From Gammaproteobacteria bacterium (GTDB taxonomy: Bacteria; Pseudomonadota; Gammaproteobacteria; Eutrophobiales; Eutrophobiaceae), in NCBI GenBank assembly GCA_965222155.1, contig CBDCTH010000012.1, positions 1,280,001 to 1,344,000 on the forward strand: DNA of 64,000 nt, read 5' to 3'. Shown in pieces: positions 31,094 through 39,353 of the stretch (positions are counted from its first letter, which is position 1; the number at the start of each line of letters is the position of its first letter). A program made the translations under genes and the position numbers. The notes beneath the pieces are model-generated. The model ran no database searches. It was given only the letters and a program-made list of their open reading frames with translations, and was not told the DNA's origin.

Positions 31094-33038
31094 ATGACCA
31101 TCGACCACCTGCATGCCTTGCCCCTTGGCACGCATCTTGAGGAATTCAGACTGGATGCGCAGTTGGGCGCCGGGGGGTTCGGGATTACCTACCGGGCGCA
31201 TGATGAACTCCTGGACAAGGTGGTGGCCATCAAGGAATACCTCCCGAGGGATTTTGCCACCCGCACTGCCGGCAACACGGTGGCGCCCATATCCGATGCA
31301 GATGCAAGGGACTATCAATGGGGCTTGACCCGGTTTCTGGACGAGGCCCGCACCCTGGCCCGTTTTAAGCACCCGCACCTGAATCAGGTCTATCGTTTCT
31401 TTGAGTCCAACGGCACGGCCTACATGGTGCTGGAGTACGTTCACGGTGAGACGCTGGCAGACCGGTTGAGCAGGGAGCCATTTTTAGAAGAAGCGGACTT
31501 ACAACGTGTGCTTGATGAAGTTTTGTCAGGTCTGGGAGTCATGCACGAGGCCGGTTACGTCCACCGGGACATCAAGCCGGGCAATCTGATGTTGCGCGAG
31601 GAGGACGGGAGTGCTGTGGTGCTGGATTTCGGTGCCGCCCGTCAGGCGGTGGGGCAGCGTTCCAAGCCTATTACCAGCATCTTAACCCCGGGGTATGCCC
31701 CGGTGGAGCAGTATGACGGCAAGGTAGACCGCGTCGGCGCCTGGACGGACATTTATGCATTAGGGATGGTGGCGTACCGCTGTATCAGTGGGCTGGGGGA
31801 TAGTGAGTTACCCGATGCAGTGGCGCGGATGCTGGCGCACACCAGGAGAGAAGCAGTATTACTCCCTGCCATAGAGGCAGGTAAGGGCAGATACAGTCCC
31901 AAGCTGTTGGAAGCGATAGATTGGGCGATGGAAGTGAACGAACATGACCGGCCGCAGAGTGTGGACGCATGGCGTCAAGCCCTGACCGGGGGCACTCGCA
32001 GGAAGAGTCCAACGAAGTCTGTACGAAAGCCCGCAACCCAACCGACAAGAGGCACAACAACCGAGCGCACTGGGACGCGTTGGTCCAGTGTGGCGCTGAC
32101 ACTGGTGATAGTAGTAGGGGCCTTGCTGGGCGCTGGCGCCTGGTGGGGTTGGCAGGCATATCCTGAGTGGTTTGGGCAGGGTCCCGGAGGTTCTCCGCCG
32201 GTAGTGAAGCAGGCAGCGCCGGTAGAGATAGAGACAGTGACACCGGATGCAACAGAGACCGGGGAACTGGAGCGTAAGCGACAGGAAGCTCTGGAGAGAG
32301 AATTAGTTGGTGAAATGGTATCCATCCCCGGCGGCACGTTTCGCATGGGGGACTTGGGTGATAAAGGTGATGATGACGAGAGACCGGTGCACAGCGTGAC
32401 GGTACCAGCTTTCAATATGGGAAAGTATGTAGTGACATTTACCCTGTGGGACACTTGTGTTGCGGACGGGGGCTGCGGTCGTTACCGGCCGGATGATGAG
32501 GGTTGGGGCCGGGGCAATCGGCCGGTGATAAATGTCTCCTGGGACGATGCCCAGGGATACATTGACTGGTTGAATGACAAGACCGGCGGTAATTTCCGCT
32601 TGCCGAGCGAGGCGGAGTGGGAGTACGCAGCCCGTGCCGGGAGCACCACGAAGTACCACTATGGCAACAGTGAGTCACAGCTGTGCCGGTATGCCAATCA
32701 TGCAGACAGCAGCACGGATATGGACTGGCGGAACAAGGCCTGTTCTGACGGTGTCGGCATAGGCACTGCTGCGGTGGGTCGCTATCAGCCGAACAGTTAT
32801 GGACTTTACGACATGCACGGCAACGTGTGGGAGTGGACAGAGGACTGCTGGAACGACAGTTACGCGGGGTCGCCGAGCGACGGCCGCGCCTGGGAACTGG
32901 GGGACTGCGGCCGGCGTGTGGTTCGCGGCGGTTCCTGGGACTTCTTTCCGTGGGTACCTGCGTTCCGCCTTCCGTAACTGGTATACCCGCTCGGACCGCA
33001 GCAGCAACGTCGGCTTCCGCTTGGCCCAGGACAAGTAG
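31094..33038 (+). CDS. DGR target 3: Ser/Thr kinase - TM - FGE/CLec domain; +1 frameshift inside the VR (ORF as read ends 32977)
   Basis: Kinase and FGE motifs; the cognate ...GFRLAQDK* end lies in another frame after an extra G at 32952-32954. Confidence 0.88.
32910..33029 (+). repeat. DGR variable repeat VR3
   Basis: Match to TR with 18 differences, all at TR adenines, plus one inserted base. Confidence 0.95.
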
Positions 33039-33118
33039 GACGAAGGCGAGATACGATGCAGGTTGAGCAGGGCTGTCTGCCGGGATTCCCTTTAAACTTT
33101 TCCCTTTTTCCCTTTTCT

Positions 33119-33139
33119 GCCCGGCGCATAGCGCCGGGC
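33119..33139. promoter_or_regulatory. GC hairpin after VR3
   Basis: GCCCGGCGC-ATA-GCGCCGGGC. Confidence 0.7.
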
Positions 33140-33167
33140 CGTTTTTATTATTTATAGGAGTCCCGTT

Positions 33168-33521
33168 ATGCAAACCACAGATACAAACTTACCCCAGGTC
33201 ATCGATGATTGTCATGAACTGCTCAAATGGCTGATACCGTTGCTGGACAAGTTCCCCCGCGCCCGGCGCTTCACTCTGGGGGAGCGCCTGGAATCCGGCC
33301 TGCTGGCCGTCCTTGAAGAGTGTATTGACGCCGCCTATAGCAAGCACAAGCGCACCCAACTCAGTGCCGCTAACCGGCGCCTGGCCTCCGTCCGGCACCT
33401 GTGGCGCCTGGCCTATGAACTGCGGGTGATACCCCGGAATCGTTACTATCATGGGAGTCAGCGACTGGTGGGCATCGGCATACAAATCGGCGCCTGGCAG
33501 AAATCACGGGCGGCGGGTTGA
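33168..33521 (+). CDS. avd: DGR accessory variability determinant (Avd, four-helix bundle)
   Basis: LLKWLIPLLDKFPRARRFTLGERL...IGAW; basic 117 aa protein directly upstream of the RT. Confidence 0.9.
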   Translation: MQTTDTNLPQVIDDCHELLKWLIPLLDKFPRARRFTLGERLESGLLAVLEECIDAAYSKHKRTQLSAANRRLASVRHLWRLAYELRVIPRNRYYHGSQRLVGIGIQIGAWQKSRAAG

Positions 33522-33524
33522 GAC

Positions 33525-34607
33525 ATGCACCGTATCGGGCGCATCTGGGAACAAGTGGTTACCATGGATAACCTCTATTCGGCATATTGCAAGGCCAGGA
33601 AGGGCAAACGTCGCAGGCCGGACGTGGCGCATTTCAGCCTGGAGCTGGAGCAGAACTTGCTGGTGCTTCAGCAGGAACTGATAACCGGCACATATACCCC
33701 TGGCGCCTACCGGCAGTTCACCGTCTATGAGCGCAAACCCCGGTTGATATCAGTCGCGCCGTTCCGGGACCGGGTGGTGCACCATGCCGTCATGCACGTC
33801 CTGGAACCCTTGCTGGACAAACGCTTCATCCCGGACACCTACGCCTGCCGCAAGGATAAGGGCGTGCACCGGGCGGTGGACCGTTATCAGCAGTTTGCCC
33901 GGGATAACGCTTACGTATTAAAACTGGATATTGCCCGCTATTTTCCCTCCATAGACCGGACCATACTGAAACAGCAACTGGCCCGGCGCATCAAGGATAA
34001 ATATGTCCTGGACTTGTTGCACAGGATTATCGACAACGGGCCCGAAACAGACGTGCCGGTCCGGTTTTTTCCCGGCGATGACCTGGTCGCCGTCAGCGAG
34101 CGACAGCGCGGGCTGCCCATCGGCAACCTGACCAGTCAGTTTTTCGCCAACCTGTACCTGGACGAGTTCGACCACTGGTTGAAAGAGTCCCAACGAGTGA
34201 AGGGCTATCTGCGTTACGTGGATGACCTCTACTTGCTGGACAATGATAAACAAAGGCTGTGGGCGCTACGGGACGTAGTCGCTGATAAACTGCAGGAAAT
34301 CAGGTTGATATTGCACGCTGACAAAACCCAAATTTATCGTACGACGGAACGCGTGGACGTGTTGGGTTACAGACTGTCCCGTTATCGGCGCTGGCTGCGC
34401 AATGACAACGGCTTCCGGTTCCGGCGCCGGTTAAGACACATGAGCAGTATGTATCGGGAAGGACAGATAGACTGGCCAACCCTGAATGCTTTGGTACAAA
34501 GCTGGATTGGGCATGCCCGTCATGCCGAGACGGAGGGGTTGCGGGAGGTGATATTCAGTCGGGTCAGTTTTTGCAGAGGAGCGGGCCAGAGCGAAGCCAG
34601 CGTGTGA
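33525..34607 (+). CDS. DGR reverse transcriptase
   Basis: PFRDRVVHHA, LKLDIARYFPSID, GLPIGNLTSQFFANLYL (DGR-type SQ motif), RYVDD; intact. Confidence 0.95.
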   Translation: MHRIGRIWEQVVTMDNLYSAYCKARKGKRRRPDVAHFSLELEQNLLVLQQELITGTYTPGAYRQFTVYERKPRLISVAPFRDRVVHHAVMHVLEPLLDKRFIPDTYACRKDKGVHRAVDRYQQFARDNAYVLKLDIARYFPSIDRTILKQQLARRIKDKYVLDLLHRIIDNGPETDVPVRFFPGDDLVAVSERQRGLPIGNLTSQFFANLYLDEFDHWLKESQRVKGYLRYVDDLYLLDNDKQRLWALRDVVADKLQEIRLILHADKTQIYRTTERVDVLGYRLSRYRRWLRNDNGFRFRRRLRHMSSMYREGQIDWPTLNALVQSWIGHARHAETEGLREVIFSRVSFCRGAGQSEASV

Positions 34608-34714
34608 TTCGCGGCGGTTCCTGGAACAACAAACCGAGGAACCTGCGTTCCGCCAACCGTAACAGGAATACCCGCTCGAACCGCAACAACAACATCGGCT
34701 TCCGCTTGGCCCAG
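34596..34714 (+). ncRNA. DGR template repeat (TR)
   Basis: A-rich (30 A; nine AAC codons in VR frame) copy of the three VRs, overlapping the RT stop codon. Confidence 0.95.
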
Positions 34715-34775
34715 TCCGCCCGTTGCCCGGAGTGGCCGTTTTCACGGAAACGGCCAGCGCGGCAGACGGGTGTCC
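34715..34775 (+). ncRNA. Structured spacer 3' of TR (candidate DGR RNA priming region)
   Basis: TGGCCGTTTT-CACG-GAAACGGCCA hairpin within a possible longer stem. Confidence 0.45.
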
Positions 34776-35229
34776 ATGAGCCTGCTTCCGGGTTGGGCAG
34801 GGAAGCCCGGGCAAATAGCGCTGTGAGGAAGATAAGGCCGAGGCGAGTAACGGGTGCGAAAGTCTCGGTGATGGGCTTTAAGCTTGGCGTAAATCACCGC
34901 ACCAGGCAGGAGGCTTCCCCCTGCTACCCGCAATATCTGTAATCAGGCGCGTCCAAGGGCATCGGGTGTTCCCGTTAAATCGCTGAGACGGCGATTATGA
35001 CGGTCAGATTTTCCCGGACTGTGTCCAATCCAGGGAAATGCAGGTCTTCTCAATCACCCAGCCCCCAAGTTATGCCTTGTTCATGTGGTTATATTGGGGT
35101 AACACGTTCATCTTCCCGGCTGCTTTTCTGTCGGCAGAGTCCGGAGAAAGGCTGGTATTGCGTATTTACAAAATATTTTGTACTAACCAATGGATGAATC
35201 TTGTAAATCGTCTAACGGTTAACATTTTT

Positions 35230-35760
35230 CTACTGTCTTCTCCTGGCACTACATAGTCGATGTTCCGCCTCATAGTAACCATCGATGAAATCGCCATCTA
35301 TGAAACGTTTCGCAACAGTGGCAGGGTCTCCCTGGACTTCAAGTGCGTCCAGAGCAGCCGCAAACATCTTTTCGATATCGGCTTTGATATTCCGGGTAAT
35401 TTTGAATTTGCTTCTCGAACGTGACAAAAGACATTTAGAGAAATGGTTATAGTAGTCAAAGACATCTCTGGACCATAAGAAAGTATCTTTACGCATCACA
35501 AGTAAGCGTAGTCGACGATCAAACTCATATAGCATTATGACTTCGTTGAAATGAGTTCCTTCCTCATAGGTACCTGAGATGGTGCCATCCTGTTCTTTCT
35601 TGCGGAATGGGTGCCAGTAGGCGCTCAGACGGTAGTAACTGATGGTTCTGAGTTGAGATAAGGCAAAGTCATTATTATCAATAATCAGGCCGCGATCTTT
35701 CAGTTGTTGCAGTTGTTGTTCAAACGTGAGAGGAGATTTCGTGTAGACTTCAACCACTGT
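35230..35760 (-). pseudogene. Abi (AbiD/AbiF-like) family protein, N-terminal part only
   Basis: K.PLTFEQQLQQLKDRGLII...L..ISYYRLSAYW...LYEFDRRLR, then unrelated sequence. Confidence 0.7.
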
Positions 35761-35779
35761 GAGACCTCGGAGCGCAGAC

Positions 35780-35824
35780 AAAAAAAGCCGCCAAGGTTGC
35801 GCATTGTTAAGAGGCGTGACGGCT
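35780..35824 (-). ncRNA. Hairpin plus U-tract upstream of the Abi gene (possible abiF-type RNA)
   Basis: Minus strand AGCCGTCA-CGCCTCTTAACAATGCGCAACCT-TGGCGGCT-TTTTTT. Confidence 0.45.
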
Positions 35825-36105
35825 ATGTTAGATACATTGTAGCGCTAGTGGATGGCAGATTCAAGAGAATTTTGATGTCTTCCTGTAAAACAGGTAAGGA
35901 ACTGTTCCTTTGTGTAATGACATAGTCAACTTCTTGAGTACCATCCAACACATTTGAGATACTTACAAGTACAAATCATAACTCGAATCATCGAGCATGC
36001 CGAGTTCGATTCAAGACATGATCAATTACTTTTGGCTGTTTACCTAAGAAAACTCTGACTTAATCTCAGAGTTTCCCTAAATACAAAAAGTATTATAACA
36101 ACAAG

Positions 36106-36128
36106 CCGCCATAGGCGTTCAGAATTTA
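36106..36128 (+). repeat. Fourth junction: partial tRNA 3' copy plus TIR left end
   Basis: CCGCCATAGGCGTTCAGAATTTA identical to 11400-11422. Confidence 0.75.
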
Positions 36129-36263
36129 TTTGGGCAACCGGAACAAAGAGTGACGGGAAAAAGGGGAATTGAGTCGAAATTTGTTTGCTGAGGTTCACCT
36201 TGATCTTGACCAGCCACCAGACCGATTCGATCGCAATTTATACAGGGTATAATTGGAATGAAT

Positions 36264-36566
36264 TCATGGGGAGGGTGTCACGGTAGTCGCTATCTGGATT
36301 TCTGGCGGTAACCCCATAGAATCCGTCTCACCCAATATGTCTTCATTCAGCCGTGTTTCCAATGTCCTGATGTTTTCTATCAGCGATGAAAACGAAGGTT
36401 TGTCTCCGAACAACATGACTTTCATCAGGTTGTAATCGGTTTCCAGGCTTTTATGGAGTTCATCCTGGGGGATCAGCCTGATGCCGTCTGTTTCAATTTT
36501 ACCCAGTTTCATCCAGCCCCTGCGATAGAGCAATTGTGCATGTGATATGACGTTAGTGAACAGCAC
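36264..36566 (-). pseudogene. C-terminal fragment of an AbiEii-like toxin
   Basis: IRLIP...LETDY..M..MLFGDKPSF..LI..I..LE, downstream of the cognate antitoxin. Confidence 0.55.
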
Positions 36567-36783
36567 CCTATATAGACCTTGGAGAGTGAAGTCCCGCCCC
36601 TGAAAAGCAGACGCGGACGATCAGGCGCATCTGTATTGAACAGCACATCCAGTACATGGCAGGTTCAGAGGTCTTTTTCTATATATTCAGGCAGAGTACT
36701 CATTTTTTCAGCAGCAATCCTATATACATTGCGACGCTGATCGTCAGGCAAGTTAAGAAATGCGTTAATTTGCGGATTAATGC

Positions 36784-37404
36784 TCATGCCGCATCACCCT
36801 GCAGTTGCTTGATAATAGGAACCGCCCAGGACGGCAGCAGTGCAATGCCCTCCATGAGATCCCGTTTGACGTAATCGGGCAATTGACTGCGTAACCGCTC
36901 TGCGATCCTGTTCTGGGGATACGTGGCAATCCGGCGACCGAACCACAACAGGGCGTTAACGACCGGACAGCCAGGACGTCCGTACCACCGCATCAACCGT
37001 GTGCCTGCGTGCTTGAATTCAATGGTGGTCTGATTCACTTTGACATTACGGCTGGGACCGTCCGTCAGGTACATTGGTATGACCTGCACTGCATTGGTCA
37101 GTCCCAGATGGTTGGCTGCATACATACCGCCGTCGACTACACGGATACCGTCCCGGCGGGTAATAGCGGCCACGGCCTGATCCAGGTCGGGCGGCACAAC
37201 TTGTTTCGTTATAATGCACGTCTGTGGCCAGTCGTACAGGCCCCGTCCAACGCGTCGCAGGCGCCCGCGCGTCACCAGCCTGGACAAGGCCTGGTCCACC
37301 GCGGCCCGTGACCCCAGGTCCAGGAAGTCTTTAGGCGTGCAGACCCACTTGCCGCGGCCATGGCCTCGGACTCTATTCATTATTTTGTCGGACAAATGAT
37401 TCAT
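36784..37404 (-). CDS. AbiEi-like antitoxin (DUF6088 type)
   Basis: TPKDFLDLGSRAAVDQALSRL...RRVGRGLY...AANHLGLT..V...YLTDGPSR. Confidence 0.78.
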   Translation of the reverse strand: MNHLSDKIMNRVRGHGRGKWVCTPKDFLDLGSRAAVDQALSRLVTRGRLRRVGRGLYDWPQTCIITKQVVPPDLDQAVAAITRRDGIRVVDGGMYAANHLGLTNAVQVIPMYLTDGPSRNVKVNQTTIEFKHAGTRLMRWYGRPGCPVVNALLWFGRRIATYPQNRIAERLRSQLPDYVKRDLMEGIALLPSWAVPIIKQLQGDAA

Positions 37405-37482
37405 TCAACCAGTACCGTAACTATGACAGACAGCAATCATCTTAATCAGATATTATAGCCATAATATCTGACACTTTACAAC

Positions 37483-37743
37483 TTGTTGAAACAGGCTAAA
37501 GGGGTCGACTTGCTGATTCATTCTGTTGCTATTGGCAGTCGCGAACTGGAAAAAGCCGCCCCGGATTATGTCAATTATTTCTACGAATATTTGGCCAGTC
37601 CGGAAACAGCTGCACACGTACTCAGCCAAACGAAACCTGGTTTGGCTGTTTTTTCGCATGTCTTGCTTTATAGTCAAGGAAACATCGCCCGCGCCACCGA
37701 ATCGGGAATAGTCGAGCGTACGACCCACAAGTACGCCACTTAG
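37483..37743 (+). pseudogene. C-terminal fragment of an MBL-fold hydrolase
   Basis: AKGVDLLIHS...SPETAA...KPGLAVFSHV. Confidence 0.45.
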
Positions 37744-37990
37744 AACTCTGATTGTGTGATTTTCCCTGGGTAAAACAGTCCCTGCCAGCCTTAACATCAA
37801 TCGATGGTTGGCCGTCGTTGCAATAGTTCTTGCATTTTCGGCATCGTCATCGCCATTGCTGGTTTCCTGGAAGTAGCAAACATGACCATAAGGCTCGGCC
37901 AATAGTGTCTTACGTAACACTGGTAAGAGAATGATATACAGGTCTGAACTTCTGCTATAATTACATGGAAACTTACAAGGAAGTCGCAAC

Positions 37991-38275
37991 ATGGATATCG
38001 GGTTTATAGGGGACAAAGACAAATACCAGGAAGTTCGGAGGAAACACCGGATTCAGTTTTATGAGGTGGTATCCGCATTTGATGATCCGAACGGATATGA
38101 AGTTTTGCACCCGACAAGGCATGCAGGACGACGGATGTGGATAGGAGAAACAGCCGGCAGCAGGGTATTAACCTTGATATATTCAGACGAGGAGTTACCA
38201 CTGTACCGGTTAATCACTGCATTTGGTGCAGGAGGAAGATTACTGGATGAATACTACAACAGAAAAAGAATTTGA
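37991..38275 (+). CDS. BrnT-family toxin
   Basis: K...RKHRIQFYEV..AFDDP...R...IGE....LTLIY...RLITA. Confidence 0.7.
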   Translation: MDIGFIGDKDKYQEVRRKHRIQFYEVVSAFDDPNGYEVLHPTRHAGRRMWIGETAGSRVLTLIYSDEELPLYRLITAFGAGGRLLDEYYNRKRI

Positions 38276-38414
38276 TTACCAGGCTTACCTGATAGAAAAT
38301 CCTCCGGCCCTGACTGACATTCAGCGCGGGCCGGAGGCGCGTGAGAAACGCCGGGAAGCCGCCTTGAAACGGATTTTGCAGGACAAGCAGTCAGAAGACC
38401 ACGATACGCAGTAA
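38247..38414 (+). CDS. Putative antitoxin (possibly truncated)
   Basis: Small ORF overlapping the toxin end. Confidence 0.45.
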   Translation: MNTTTEKEFDYQAYLIENPPALTDIQRGPEAREKRREAALKRILQDKQSEDHDTQ

Positions 38415-38571
38415 CATTGCGTCAGTGGAGCCGGCCCCGCACGGGTAAACTACAGGGAAGTAGTTTGTGGTCCCTCTCTAATGGCAATTTTACCCTGACC
38501 CCACATACGATTGTCCCTTCTTGAATTCTGTGGGTAAAATGGCGGGTATATCCAACCATTGCAGGTGTGTC

Positions 38572-39297
38572 ATGAAAACGCATCAATCAGCCAAACTTTT
38601 TGTCTTCTGCCTTTTGGTTATTCTCTACTGCGGCAATCCTGCCGCCAATGAAGCGGAACAGCCGGTATCCCTTGAACGGCAGGTTGAGGGACTCTGGTTG
38701 TATACCGGTTTGATTACCTCAAGTGGTGAAGACTTGCCACTGAATGGAATTTTCCTGTTCAGGAATGGCATTTTTGTACAATACGCCCAGTTCAAAGGTG
38801 AGCCGGGTCAGGTTCAGGGAGCGATGGCCCATGCAGGCCCTTACTCAGCAGGTGACAATTTCATCCATTTAGTGGCTGAACAAACCATCAGCACGGCACC
38901 ATCAAAAATTCCTCCACTCACGTACCCGGGTCTCACGGAACATGACGTTGATGTCAGACGCGTGAATGATGAACTGACTTTAATCTTCAAGGGGAGTGGA
39001 ACGGTACAAATCTTTGAGCTGGCCGGACCAGGTGAAGGTAAAGTGTATAAGCTGGAAAACGGGGCACTGGCCCTCGTTGACGACTATTTTATTCTAGTTA
39101 ACGGTGATGAAAATGGCGTTGATACCGGTTATGGCAGGTATGAATCGAAAAATGATGCCATCAGGCTCGACATAGCCTACTGGACATCAGCGAATAAATC
39201 TTCAGCTTCCAATACTAACCATACCAGTATGAACGCTACGTTTGATGGCCAGAACTTGACTCTGGAAGATGGTCGACGCTTTCAGGTCCTTCCCTGA
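38572..39297 (+). CDS. Exported hypothetical protein
   Basis: Signal-peptide-like N-terminus, beta-rich body. Confidence 0.6.
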   Translation: MKTHQSAKLFVFCLLVILYCGNPAANEAEQPVSLERQVEGLWLYTGLITSSGEDLPLNGIFLFRNGIFVQYAQFKGEPGQVQGAMAHAGPYSAGDNFIHLVAEQTISTAPSKIPPLTYPGLTEHDVDVRRVNDELTLIFKGSGTVQIFELAGPGEGKVYKLENGALALVDDYFILVNGDENGVDTGYGRYESKNDAIRLDIAYWTSANKSSASNTNHTSMNATFDGQNLTLEDGRRFQVLP

Positions 39298-39353
39298 GTA
39301 TCAAGCCAAGTCCCGTAATTCGCCCGATACAATGCTGACGATGAGAGGCTGCA

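Noticed and set aside
33525-34607. RT as a retron or group II intron enzyme
   Set aside because: The SQ motif, adjacent avd and TR/VR pairs identify it as a DGR RT
34571-34942. 123-aa ORF resembling an FGE C-terminus (RGGSWNNKPRN...)
   Set aside because: It is the translation of the non-coding template repeat, not a gene
11406-36105. A defined right TIR for unit 3 enclosing the DGR locus
   Set aside because: I could not find GAACGCCTA before the 36106 junction, so carriage of the DGR by unit 3 remains inference
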